Both the position numbers and the translations under genes were made by a program. This document shows, piece by piece, positions 20,988 through 32,326 of a stretch of 64,000 bases of DNA. The notes under the pieces are model-generated. The model was not told the origin of the DNA and did not search any database. It saw only the letters and a program-made list of their open reading frames with translations. This stretch comes from an uncultured Candidatus Rokubacteria bacterium (GTDB taxonomy: Bacteria; Methylomirabilota; Methylomirabilia; Rokubacteriales; CSP1-6), in contig CAVVEU010000024.1 in the NCBI GenBank assembly GCA_963747235.1, positions 1-64,000 of the forward strand, in the 5' to 3' direction. Positions within the stretch are counted from its first letter, which is position 1; each line of letters starts with the position of its first letter.

Positions 20988-22016
20988 TCACGGGTTTAGA
21001 TGACGCTGGAGAAAAGCCGTCGTATCCGCGGCGGATCTGGTGCGGGTGGCCGCGTCGAACCCCATCGAGTAGCCCGACCCCGCGGCCTGGCACGCGGCGA
21101 GCGCATCCAGGTCGAACGGCCGCTCGCGCCCGTCCACGAGCATGGTGGGCGCCCCGCGCCCGAACAGGATGACGGGGCACTTCCGCGAGCTGGCGACGTA
21201 CTGGGGGTAGAAGCGCGGGGCGCCCAGGGTGGGTACGGTCCAGGCGTGGAACGCGCCCGGATAGACCACCGTCGCGATCGGCGCCGGATGACCCGCGGCG
21301 CTCGCGTACGCGAGATAGCCCTCGACCTTGGCCACCGGCAGGTTGTCGTCCTTCTCCCCGAGCAGCATCAGGATCGGAGCGCCGGTATACGCGCCCGCCT
21401 CGGCCCGCGCGCCGTAGGTGCCGCCTGGATAGGTGGCGACGTGAGCCGCGAACCGCGATGGCCCCGCCCCCATCGCGGCACGGAGCGTCTCGAACGCGGT
21501 GAGATGCGCCACCTCGCCGCCGAACGAGAAGCCGACGATGCCGATCCGGTCGGCGGCGATCCGCGGGTGTCCGGCCAGGAACTGCAGCGCGGCGAACGCA
21601 TCGGCCACCCCGGACGCCAGTGGCGGGCCGGCGCGGGAGCCGACGACCGCGGACTGGCTCAGGCCCCGCGCGCTGAAGCTGTCGTAGGTCAGCGTCGCGA
21701 ACCCGCTCCGGCGCAGCTCCGCCGCCTGCCAGCCCTCGTTGGCCTCCCGGAAGCCGGAGATCGTGTGGACCACCACCACCGCCGGATAGCGATCTCGCGG
21801 CTGGTCGGGAAAGCGGAGCGTCGCGGGGACCGACACGCTCGCCGGTGCCTCGCGCATGAAGACCTGACGGAAGTCGGCGTAGGAGCCCGAGCGAAGCGTC
21901 ACCAGCTCGATCGGGTCGGCACCGCGGACCTGACCATGCACGAGCGCCGTCCCGGCCGCGACCACGGCGGCCACCACCACCAACGCCCGTGACGCCGCCG
22001 CTCGTTGTGCCAGCAC
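20988..22016 (-). CDS. Dienelactone hydrolase-family alpha/beta hydrolase, secreted
   Basis: GFSFGG nucleophile elbow, LLGEKDD, YPGAFHAW. Confidence 0.85.
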   Translation of the reverse strand: MLAQRAAASRALVVVAAVVAAGTALVHGQVRGADPIELVTLRSGSYADFRQVFMREAPASVSVPATLRFPDQPRDRYPAVVVVHTISGFREANEGWQAAELRRSGFATLTYDSFSARGLSQSAVVGSRAGPPLASGVADAFAALQFLAGHPRIAADRIGIVGFSFGGEVAHLTAFETLRAAMGAGPSRFAAHVATYPGGTYGARAEAGAYTGAPILMLLGEKDDNLPVAKVEGYLAYASAAGHPAPIATVVYPGAFHAWTVPTLGAPRFYPQYVASSRKCPVILFGRGAPTMLVDGRERPFDLDALAACQAAGSGYSMGFDAATRTRSAADTTAFLQRHLNP

Positions 22017-22029
22017 GGGGTGGTTCGGC

Positions 22030-23208
22030 CTAGACGGCAACAGCCGGTGTGCGCCCGAAGCGCGAGAGGAGCGTCGCGCCGGCTGAGAAGGCCGCCGCGA
22101 GGATCAGCGCGGCGGTGCCGATCCACGGTATCAGGCCCACGAGGACGAAGACGACGCCTCCCAGTGCGACCGTCTTGACGGGTGTCTTCTCTCGAAGGAA
22201 CGGCAGCCTCTCGCCGAGCCATGCGGCCGAGACCGTGAACCCGAACAGGAAGAGGGCGACGAGCAGCATCACCGCCACCGGGATCAGCGGGATGCCGATG
22301 ATCGTCACGCCCAGCAGGACGCAGAGGGGCACGAATCCCAGGAGGACCGCGACGCCGGCGAGCGCCGAGAGCCCGGGCCGATCGACGAGATACGCCCCGA
22401 CGCGCGTCAAGGCCCCGGGGAAGGCCACCGCGATGAGCAACGCGATGATCCACAGCAGCACGACGCGCGTCAGCCGCGAGGCGAAGCGGAACATCGAGAG
22501 CATGTGAGGCCCGCCGACCACCCAGCGGGTCATCGAGCCGACCGTCGTCGGGATCGCCCCGCCGAGACTCACGTTGTCGCCCTCGAGCGTGGCGCCCTCC
22601 GCGACCGAAACGGTTCCGCCGATCGCGACCGAGTCGCCGCCGACACTGGCGCCCGGGAGGATCGTGATCGACCCGCCTATCGCCACCGCATCGCGTCGCA
22701 CGTGACCGGCGACCGTGACGGAGCCGCCGATGGCCACGGCCTTGTCGACGGTCTCGTCGGCGCCGATCGTCAGGGATCGGCCGAAGACCACGCGCTCGGA
22801 CCCGTGGCGACCGCGCCGCTCCCGCCGTCGCTCGCGCCATGAATCCGCGGACTTCGCGGGGTCATCCGAGCGAACGCGGAGGACGCCGTCGGCGAACGAG
22901 GCCCGGAGCGAGCCGGCATCGAGAACCAGATCGAGCACCTCGCCGGCGGGGCGCTTCGAGACCTGGATGGTGAGCGGGCGGGTGGTCGCGCTCTCCGGCG
23001 CGGTGACCACCAGACTCCAGCCCGTCTGCTTGGCGATCGCGCTCAGCGCGTCGAGGACCGTCCCCCGCGGCTGGGCGAGGGAGACCACGGGAGAGTTGTC
23101 AGGAAGTCGGCCCTCCAGCCGACGGCTGTCCGGCGCGGCCGCCCAGGCGAAGCCGGGCAGACTCATGAGAGCGACGGCGAGAACGACGATCAGCTTGGTT
23201 GGGCGCAT
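22030..23208 (-). CDS. Membrane protein: signal peptide + STN-like domain + bactofilin-like beta-solenoid + TM bundle
   Basis: VLDALSAIAKQTGWSLVV...EVLDLVL...DGVLRV; repeated (D)AVAIGGS(V/I)T(V/I) units; hydrophobic C-terminus with IIGIPL. Confidence 0.65.
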   Translation of the reverse strand: MRPTKLIVVLAVALMSLPGFAWAAAPDSRRLEGRLPDNSPVVSLAQPRGTVLDALSAIAKQTGWSLVVTAPESATTRPLTIQVSKRPAGEVLDLVLDAGSLRASFADGVLRVRSDDPAKSADSWRERRRERRGRHGSERVVFGRSLTIGADETVDKAVAIGGSVTVAGHVRRDAVAIGGSITILPGASVGGDSVAIGGTVSVAEGATLEGDNVSLGGAIPTTVGSMTRWVVGGPHMLSMFRFASRLTRVVLLWIIALLIAVAFPGALTRVGAYLVDRPGLSALAGVAVLLGFVPLCVLLGVTIIGIPLIPVAVMLLVALFLFGFTVSAAWLGERLPFLREKTPVKTVALGGVVFVLVGLIPWIGTAALILAAAFSAGATLLSRFGRTPAVAV

Positions 23209-23250
23209 GTGCGATCTCCCTTCGCCTGGGAGTACGGTCGAGCGGGCCGC

Positions 23251-23647
23251 TTATTTCACGAGCCCGAGCGGTCGCGCCCGCGCGACGAAGACCAGTGACA
23301 GAACGGCCGCGATGGAGCCCAGCGCCGCCGAGGCCCAGACGGCGAGCGGCACGAGAGCCAGGACGACGCCGACGCCGGTCGTCCATCTGGCGAGGTCGGC
23401 CGCTACGTCCGCGAGCCACACGAGAAGAGCGGCCGGGTCGATGGTCGGACCCAGGAGAATGGCGATCACCGCCAGGCCGACGAGCGCGGCCACCGAGTCC
23501 CGTGAGGACCTGACGCCGGGCACGCGCCTCGATCGCATCGAGATAGCGCCTCCGCGCGCCGGCGAGGAACGCGGCCGATGGCTCCGGCACGCGAAGCGCC
23601 TGGAGCAGGCCGGTAAGCCGCTCGTTCTCGTCGGGTCGCTGGCTCAT
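23251..23647 (-). CDS. Putative membrane anti-sigma factor (frameshift near 23495)
   Basis: Coupled to the sigma stop; LRVPEPSAAFLA helix followed by TM segments. Confidence 0.6.
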
Positions 23648-24246
23648 GTGACGGATGGGCTGTCCAGCGCCCGCTTGAGCTGGGCGCGGCCTCGATGGAG
23701 CCACGTCATCACCGTGCCCATCGGCACCTCGAGGGCCGCGGCGATGTCCCGGTACGACATCTCCTCGATGTGGAAGAGGACGATGGCCATTCTCGGCCCC
23801 TCGTCCAGATCGTCGAGCGCTCGCTCGAGACGTGAGAGCTCCTCCCGCCGCGAGGCCTCACCCTCGGGACCTGGCGCCGGGGGGCCGGTGACCGGCAGCG
23901 TCTCCACCCTGGCCATCACCTGCCGATGCCGGAGCAGGTCCAGACAGAGCCGCCGTGCGATGGCGATGAGCCAGGGCAAGACCGGGCGCTCCGGATCGAA
24001 CCGCTCGAAGTGGACGAAGGCGCGCACGAACGTGTCCTGGGCGAGATCCTCCGCGTCGGGAGATCGGAGCAGTCGCCAGCAGAAGCGGTAGACGGGCCGG
24101 CGAAAGCGCAGCACCAGCTCGTCGAAGGCCGCCGCATCGCCGCGGCGGGCGCGACGCGCAAGCTCGAGCTCTGCTCGCCGGTCATCCGCATCCGGGGTCG
24201 CTGCATGGCCGGTCTCTATGACCGTACGCTCCTCGTCCTCTGCCAA
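23644..24246 (-). CDS. ECF sigma-70 factor
   Basis: GDAAAFDELV, DAEDLAQDTFVRA, WLIAIARR, MSYRDIA...GTVMTWLHRGR. Confidence 0.92.
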   Translation of the reverse strand: MAEDEERTVIETGHAATPDADDRRAELELARRARRGDAAAFDELVLRFRRPVYRFCWRLLRSPDAEDLAQDTFVRAFVHFERFDPERPVLPWLIAIARRLCLDLLRHRQVMARVETLPVTGPPAPGPEGEASRREELSRLERALDDLDEGPRMAIVLFHIEEMSYRDIAAALEVPMGTVMTWLHRGRAQLKRALDSPSVT

Positions 24247-24361
24247 GAGAGTACGGGCGACGCCCGAGGATTATTTCAGGCACCGGACACGCATGCTAGG
24301 CCAGACACACCACCGCCGTCAATCCAGCGCCGGCGTGTCCGCAGCCGCGTAGCACCGTGTC

Positions 24362-24937
24362 ATGATCCGGCCAATGATCCGCCTGCTTGGGTCGGTCCTG
24401 ACGGCGGCCGCACTGTCGGGCTGCGCCGCCGGGGTGCCCTCGGGCGCCGTCGGGGAGCCCGCAGCCCCCGTCAAGCTCGACGTGATCTTCGTCGCGACCG
24501 ACCTCACGATCGTGAACGCCATGCTCACCCTGGCCAGCGTCACGCGCGACGACGTCGTCTACGACCTCGGCTGCGGCGACGGCCGCATCGTCATCGCGGC
24601 CGCCAAGGAGTTCGGCGCCCGAGGGGTAGGCGTGGACCTCGACCCCCAGCGCATCCGGGAAGCCCAGGCGAACGCCGTCCGGGCCGGCGTCGCCGACCGC
24701 GTGACGTTCCGCGTCCAGGACATCTTCGAGACCGATATCCAGCCCGCGACGGTGGTCACGCTCTTCCTCTCGCCGGAGCTGAATGCGCGGCTGCGGCCGA
24801 AGCTCACGAGCCAGCTCAAGCCCGGCAGCCGGATCGTGTCCCACCGCTACGGCATCGGCGACTGGGTGCCCGAGCGGACGGTCACGCTCTCGGTCCGCGA
24901 GACCCGTAACCACATCTTCCTGTGGCGGGTGCCATGA
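24362..24937 (+). CDS. Class I SAM-dependent methyltransferase (lipoprotein-like N-terminus)
   Basis: VYDLGCGDGRIV, LKPGSRIVSH; LSGC lipobox-like. Confidence 0.88.
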   Translation: MIRPMIRLLGSVLTAAALSGCAAGVPSGAVGEPAAPVKLDVIFVATDLTIVNAMLTLASVTRDDVVYDLGCGDGRIVIAAAKEFGARGVGVDLDPQRIREAQANAVRAGVADRVTFRVQDIFETDIQPATVVTLFLSPELNARLRPKLTSQLKPGSRIVSHRYGIGDWVPERTVTLSVRETRNHIFLWRVP

Positions 24938-24994
24938 CCGTGTCCGCGGCGCCTACGCTGTCTGCTCGAGGTGCAAACTCGCAAGGAGACGAAC

Positions 24995-26201
24995 ATGGGC
25001 AAGCAATACGATGCGATCGTTGTCGGCGCGCGCTGCGCCGGTTCTCCCACCGCGATGCTGCTCGCGCGCAAGGGGTATCGCGTCCTGGTGGTCGACCGGG
25101 CCACCTTTCCCAGTGACACCATCTCCACCCACCTCATCCACCCGCCCGGCCTCGGCGCGCTGAAGCGATGGGGCCTGCTTCGACCGCGTCGTCGCGACCG
25201 GCTGCCCGCCGATCGACACCTATGCGTTCGACTTCGGACCGTTCGCGATCGAGGGATCTCCCGCGAGCCCTGACTCCGCGGTCTCGTACGCGCCGCGTCG
25301 CACCGTGCTCGACAAGGTGCTGGTCGACGCGGCGTCCGAGGCGGGGGCCGAGGTGCGGGAGGGGTTCACCGTCGAGGAGGTGCTGGTCGACGATGGCCGC
25401 GTCACCGGCATTCGCGGGCATGGCCGCGGCGGGTCGTCGGTCACCGAGCACGCGCGCGTCGTCGTCGGGGCCGACGGCTTGAACTCGACGCTCGCGCGAG
25501 CGGTGCACCCCGAGCAATACAACGAGAAGCCGCCGCTCCTGGCCGCGTACTACACCTACTGGAGCGGGCTCCCGATGAACGGCCGCTTCGAGGTGTTCGT
25601 CCGCTCGTACTGCTCCTTCGCGGCGTGGCCGACGAACGACGACCGCACGCTCGTCATCGCGGGCTGGCAGTACAAGGAGTTCGAGGCGAACAAGTCGGAT
25701 ATCGAAGGCAACTATCGCAAGGTCATCGATCTCGCGCCGAGCTTCGCCGAACGTCTGCGAGGCGCCCGGCGCGAGGAGCGCTTCGCGGGCATGCCGGTGC
25801 CGAACTATTTCCGCAAGCCCTTCGGTCCGGGCTGGGCCCTGGTGGGCGACGCGGGCTACAACAAGGACTTCATCACGGCTCAGGGCATCCAGGACGCGTT
25901 TCGCGACGCCGAGTCGTGCGCCGCGGCGCTGGACGAGTCGTTCACCGGCGCGCGCTCGTTCGACGCGGCCATGGCCGACTACCAGTCCGCGCGCGATCGG
26001 CACGTGCTTGCGTTGTACGAGTTCACGGCCCAGCTCGCGTCGCAGGAGCCTCCGCCGCCCGAGATGCAGAAGCTGCTCGGCGCGATGCATGGCAACCAGC
26101 AGGCGATGGACGGGTTCGCGCGCGTCAACGCCGGGGTGACGTCGCCCGCGGAGTTCTTCTCCGAGGACAACGTCAAGCGTATCTTCGCGGCGGCCCGCTA
26201 G
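24995..26201 (+). CDS. FAD-dependent oxidoreductase (geranylgeranyl reductase/halogenase-like fold; frameshift near 25185)
   Basis: IVVGARCAG, DRATFPSDTISTH, VGADG, LVGDAG...AQGI. Confidence 0.85.
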
Positions 26202-26246
26202 GTCCTGACCGCGCTGGTGTGGGATCGTGTCATAGTCTCGGGGGCC

Positions 26247-26681
26247 ATGACGCGACGGGTGGTGTTTCTCGACATCGACGGCGTGCTGGCGCCGATCCGC
26301 CAGTGGGATCGCTACGGAGATCTGGACCCCGGATGCATCCGGGTGTTGAACGAGATCGTGGCGGGTGCCGGAGCCGATGTCGTCGTCTCGTCGACCTGGC
26401 GGCATGGCAAGAGTGTCACCGAGCTGCAGGAGATGCTCGAAGCGGCCGGCTTCATCGGCTGCGTGATCGACAAGACCCCGACCGGCGAGCTCGGCGCCGA
26501 CCGGGGCGATGAGATCGCGGCCTGGCTGGCGGAGCATCCCGTCGGCGGCTATGTGATCATCGATGACCACGGCGACATGGGGGAACTACGTAGCCAGCTC
26601 GTCCTGACGCATCCTGCCCGTGGGTTACAGCCAGCCGACGCCCCGCGAGCCATCGAGATACTTGGCCGGTGTCTCGCTTGA
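26247..26681 (+). CDS. HAD-family phosphatase (Swiss Army Knife RNA-repair-like HAD domain)
   Basis: FLDIDGVL, VVSSTWR, RGDEIAAWL, YVIIDD. Confidence 0.8.
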   Translation: MTRRVVFLDIDGVLAPIRQWDRYGDLDPGCIRVLNEIVAGAGADVVVSSTWRHGKSVTELQEMLEAAGFIGCVIDKTPTGELGADRGDEIAAWLAEHPVGGYVIIDDHGDMGELRSQLVLTHPARGLQPADAPRAIEILGRCLA

Positions 26682-26796
26682 GACCTCCCCCTCCCCGCGG
26701 ACGTGCTAAAGTCGCGAGGTTGCGTTCGGCAGGCGCACCGCGCAAGGGCGCGGGCGCCCCCGGGCCGGAGCACACGGGAGGCGATCGGAAGCCGCG

Positions 26797-27753
26797 GTGG
26801 ACCTGGGAATCTTCCTCGAGAACGTGCTGAACGCGCTCACCGCGGGCATCACGATCGGTTGCATCTACGGTCTGATGTGCATCGGCCTCGGGCTCATCTT
26901 CGGCATCATGCGGATCGTCAACTTCGCCCAGGGCGAGCTCCTCATGCTGGGCATGTTCGCCAGCTTCTACCTGGTCAGCGAGGGCCGGGTGCTGTCCTTC
27001 CTGGGCCCGTACTGGGGGCCGTTCATCGGCGCGATGTTGGCCGGCCCCATGATCTTCATCGCCGGCGTGCTTCTCCATCGATTCCTCATCTCCCGCGTGT
27101 CCGGCCTGCGCACCGTCGGCTCGCTGGATGAAGGGCATTTCGGGCAGCTCGTCGTCACCCTGGGCATCTCGCTGATCCTCCAGAACGGCGGGCAGATCCT
27201 GTTCGGCTCCACGCCGGTCGCGGTCCGCACGCCGCTCTCCTCCCAGGCGTTCCAGATCGGCCCTCTGTACCAGGGCGCCACCGTGTTCCTGAACAAGGCG
27301 AAGCTGGTGGCCTTCTTCGTGGCGGTGCTGGCCGCCGTCGTCCTCTACGTGGTGCTCGAGTACACACGGCTGGGCAAGGCGCTGCGGGCCGCGGCCGACA
27401 ACCCGACGGCGGCCACCTACATGGGCATCGACGTGGACCGGTCCTACCGCATCGCCTTCGGCCTGGGCTGCGGCATCACCGCGGTGGCGGGCGGGCTCAT
27501 GGCCACCTACATCTCCTTCGGCCCCTTCGTCGGCTTCGACTACGTCATCATCATGTACTCGGGCGTGGTGCTGGGCGGCATGGGGAGCATCTTCGGGGCC
27601 TTCTGGGGCGGGGTGACGGTGGGCTTCGTCCAGCAGTTCTCGGCCCTGATCCTGCCGCCGCAGCTGCAGAACGCGGCGATCTTCGTCGTGTTCCTGCTGA
27701 TCGTGCTGCTGCGGCCGCAGGGGCTCTTCGGCCGCTCCGCGGAGCGGGCATGA
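26797..27753 (+). CDS. livH: Branched-chain amino acid-type ABC permease
   Basis: GLGLIFGIMRIVNFAQGE, LGGMGSIFGA. Confidence 0.9.
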   Translation: MDLGIFLENVLNALTAGITIGCIYGLMCIGLGLIFGIMRIVNFAQGELLMLGMFASFYLVSEGRVLSFLGPYWGPFIGAMLAGPMIFIAGVLLHRFLISRVSGLRTVGSLDEGHFGQLVVTLGISLILQNGGQILFGSTPVAVRTPLSSQAFQIGPLYQGATVFLNKAKLVAFFVAVLAAVVLYVVLEYTRLGKALRAAADNPTAATYMGIDVDRSYRIAFGLGCGITAVAGGLMATYISFGPFVGFDYVIIMYSGVVLGGMGSIFGAFWGGVTVGFVQQFSALILPPQLQNAAIFVVFLLIVLLRPQGLFGRSAERA

Positions 27754-29528
27754 GGCAGGGCGCCGGTCCACATCTTCGGCGGCACCTGATCGTGCTCGCC
27801 GTGGTCTCCGCCGTCTACCTGCTGATCACGCTGTTCGTGACCAACAGCTACTACCAGCTCATCCTGACGCTGGTGCCGGTGTGGGCGCTGTTCGGCGTCT
27901 CGTGGAACATCCTCTCCGGCTATGGCGGCCAGCTCTCGTTCGGCCACGCCAGCTTCTTCGGCATCGGCGCCTACACGGTCACGCTCACGATCATCTACTG
28001 GGGTCTCTCGCCCTGGCTGGGCATTCCGCTCGGCATGATCCTCGGCGGCGTCGCGGCCATCCTGATCGGGTTCCCCACGTTTCGCCTGCGCGGGCACTAC
28101 TTCGCCCTGTCCATGCTGGCGTATCCGCTCGCCATCCTCTACGTGATGCAGTACCTGGGCTTCCAGGAAGTCTCGATACCCATGCACCGCGAGCACGCGC
28201 TGGCCTTCATGGAGTTCAGCGAGCCGCGCGTCTACACCCTGATCGCCGTCCTTCTGCTGATGGGCGGGGTGGTCGTCTCCCTGATCATCGAGAACTCGCG
28301 CTTCGGTCTGGCGCTCCTGGCCATCCGCCAGAACGAGCTGGCCGCCGAGGCCGCGGGCATCAACGCGCGCCTCTGGAAGATGCGCTCCCTGGTGGTGTCG
28401 GGGATGATGGGCGCGGCGGCCGGCGGCTTCTACGCCCGCGTGCTGGTGGTCGTCACGCCGGATTCCGTCTTCGGCATGCTCGTCTCCGCGCAGGCGGTGG
28501 TGGTCACGCTGTTCGGCGGCGTGGCCTCGGTGTGGGGGCCGGTGATCGGCGCCGCCATCCTGGTCCCGCTCGCCGAGACGCTGCAGGCCGAGCTGGGCAC
28601 CTATCTGCCCGGCATCCAGGGCGTGGTCTACGGCGTCGCCATCATCGCGGTCATGCTGCTGTCGCCCGACGGCTTGTTCTGGACCATCCGCGATCGCTGG
28701 CTTCGCCGGGAGGCGCCGCAGCCGATCCCCGAGCTCGGGCCCGACGTGGAGCCGGTGCCGCTCCCGCTCTTGAAGCGGCGCGCGTCGGCCCACGCGACGG
28801 GGCCGCTCCTGGAAGTCGAGGGGCTGTCGCGCGCCTTCGGCGGGCTCCGCGCGGTCAGCGAGGTCAGCTTCTCGGTCACCGAGGGGGAGATCCTCGGCAT
28901 CATCGGGCCGAACGGCGCGGGCAAGACGACGCTGTTCAACGTGCTGAACGGCGTGCTCGACGCCGACGCGGGCTCGGCGCGGCTCGACGGGCAGCCCATG
29001 CTGGGCAAGAAGACCCACGAGGTCTGCCGCATGGGCGTCGGCCGCACGTTCCAGGTCGTGCGCAGCTTCTCCCGCCTCCCCGTGCTCGACAACGTGATCG
29101 TCGGCGCCTACGGCGGCGGCGCTCTCCGATCGGGACGCCATCGCGCAGGCGGTGCAGGCGCTCCACCAGGTGGGATTGCAGGATAGCGCCGGCGTCGCCC
29201 GCCGGCCAGCTCACCAACAAGCAGCTTCGCCTGATGGAGCTGGCGCGCGCGCTGGCCGGCAATCCGCGGCTGCTGCTGCTGGACGAGACGCTGGCCGGGC
29301 TCGGTCGCGAGGAGTGCGACGACGTCCTGGACGTGCTGGCGCGGCTGCGCACCGAGGGCATGACGATCTGCATCATCGAGCATACAATGCACGCCATGAT
29401 GCGCCTCGCCGACCGGTTCGTGGTGCTGGACCACGGCCGCGTGCTCGCCACCGGCCTGCCCCGCGTCGTCGTCGAGGACACGGCCGTGATCGAGGCCTAC
29501 CTCGGCAAGAAATGGCTGGCGCGCCGGG

Positions 29529-29536
<8 letters not shown>
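27750..29536 (+). CDS. LivM permease-LivG ATPase fusion (frameshifts near 29120-29200)
   Basis: GQLSFGHA, LRGHYFAL, then in frame GPNGAGKTT; LLLLDE and VIEAYLG in a shifted frame. Confidence 0.85.
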
Positions 29537-30245
<709 letters not shown>

Positions 30246-30283
30246 ATCCACCACATCATCACCAACGAGGGAGATGACCGGAC

Positions 30284-31535
30284 ATGACGACTCCTGAGCG
30301 ATTCGGACGCCGGACCGCCATCAAGATGGGCCTCGCCGCCACCGCCGCCGCCGCGCTGCCGGTGCGCCGGGCGCGCGCGCAGAACCCGAAGGAAGTGAAG
30401 ATCGCCTTGGTCGTCCCGCTGTCCGGGCCCTGGGCGCGCCAGGGCATCCTCGAGCAGATGGGCGCGGAGATGGCCATCGAGGACGTCAACAAGGCCGGCG
30501 GCGTCAAGGCGCTCGGCGGCGCCAAGCTGAAGCTCGTGCTGTACGACACGGGCGACACCGCGGAGAAGGCCAAGAACGCCGCGCAGCGCCTGGTCGCGCA
30601 GGAGCCGGACGTGGTGGGCGGCATCGGCTGCTGGCTGTCGAGCTTCACGCTCGCGGCCACCGAGGTGTCGGAGCGCGCGGAGCTGCCGTGGCTCACCCTG
30701 TCCTACTCCGACCTGATCACCAGCCGCGGCTACAAGTACGTCTTCCAGACGGCGCCCACCGCCGAGGCGCAGTCGACCGCGCTGCTGCCGCGCATCGTCG
30801 AGCTGGCGAGCAAGGCGACGGGCGTGAAGCCGACGAAGGTGGCGTTCGTCGGCGACAACTCGGCCTCCTCGGTCAGCTTCATGAAGCCCATCCGCGAGCA
30901 CGTGGCGAAGGACCTGGGCCTCACGATCGTGGCCGACGAGGTCTACACCCCGCCGCTCGCGGACGCGACCACGCTGGTGCAGAAGATCCGCTCCGGCCGT
31001 CCCGACTTCATCGTGTGCCAGTCCACCAACGTGGGTGACGACAAGCTCCTGCTCGACAAGTTCGCGGAGCGGGGGATCACGCCCTCGACGGTCCCGCTGA
31101 TCGGCGGCGGCGGCCACTGGACCGTGCCCGAGCTGATGAAGATCGCGGGGAAGGAGCACCTGGAGGGGATGATCGTCGGGCTCGCCAACTGGCCGGGCAA
31201 GGCGGTGGAGGACGTCGAGAAGCGCTTCATCGCCAGGACCGGCGAGCCGTGGTTCGGCCACGACTCGATCTTCCCCTACGCGCACATCTGGATCTACAAG
31301 GAGGCGCTGGAGCGGACCGCGCTCCGTCGACCGCAAGAAGCTGGGCGAGATGCTGCACAAGATCGACCTGAAGGACGGCCCCGCCAAGTTCTTCCCCGAC
31401 GGCCGGGTCAAGTTCGAGGACAACGGCCGCCGCGTCGGCGCCGAGCTGTGCATCGTGCAGTGGCAGAAGGGCCGCCCGGTGGCCGTGCACCCGGAGTCCA
31501 TCGCGGCCTCCAAGGCGATCTGGCCGAAGTCGTAG
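30284..31535 (+). CDS. Leu/Ile/Val-type ABC substrate-binding protein with Tat signal (frameshift near 31320)
   Basis: GRRTAIK, PLSGPWA, NKAGGVKALGGAKL; C-terminus IVQWQKG...WPKS*. Confidence 0.88.
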
Positions 31536-31596
31536 ATCAGAGCGCGGCGCGGGCGCCCGCTCCAGGAGGGACGGTTGGCCGGATCGTCGCGCTGAG

Positions 31597-32274
31597 ATGT
31601 CGACCAGAGGCCGCGGGCGCCGGCTCCTGCTCCTGCCCTACCGCGTCCTGCGGGCGCGGCGGCGGCTGCTCCTCTGCGCGGCGCTGGGCATGGCGGTGGG
31701 CGCCGCGCTGTGCGCGCTCGCCACGTGGCGGCCGATCCGGAGCGTGCTGATCGGGTGGGACGTGACGGTGGTGTGCTACCTCGGGCTTGTGCTCCGGCGG
31801 ATGGCGGGCGCGCAGGCGCGCGACATCCGCCGGCACGCGGCGGAGCAGGACGAGGGCCGGCTCGCCATGCTCATCCTCACCGTGACCGCCGGGCTGGCGA
31901 GCCTCGCCGCGATCGCGGCCGAGCTGGGGGCGTCGGACGGCCGGAAGCCGGGGCAGATCGCCCTCGCCGGGATCACCATCCTGCTCTCGTGGGCGTTCAT
32001 CCACATGATCTTCGCGCTGCACTACGCCCACGAGTTCTACGGGGAGGATGACGCCCTCGCCGCAGGTCTGGCCTTCCCGGGCGAGGATCAGGAGCCCGAC
32101 TACTGGGACTTCGCCTACTTCTCCTTCGTGATCGGCATGACGTCGCAGGTGTCCGACGTGGGCGTCACGAGCAAGCAGATCCGCCGCACCGTGACCGCGC
32201 ACGGCATCGTCTCGTTCCTCTTCAACGTCGCGCTGGTCGCCCTGACCATCAACGTGGCGGCCGGCGCCCTCTGA
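31597..32274 (+). CDS. DUF1345 membrane protein
   Basis: FALHYAHEFY, PDYWDFAYFSFVIGMTSQVSDV. Confidence 0.9.
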   Translation: MSTRGRGRRLLLLPYRVLRARRRLLLCAALGMAVGAALCALATWRPIRSVLIGWDVTVVCYLGLVLRRMAGAQARDIRRHAAEQDEGRLAMLILTVTAGLASLAAIAAELGASDGRKPGQIALAGITILLSWAFIHMIFALHYAHEFYGEDDALAAGLAFPGEDQEPDYWDFAYFSFVIGMTSQVSDVGVTSKQIRRTVTAHGIVSFLFNVALVALTINVAAGAL

Positions 32275-32326
32275 CTGCCCAGGCCGCCCGGGCGACCCGG
32301 CACTTGTGGTACGTTCGATCCCACCC

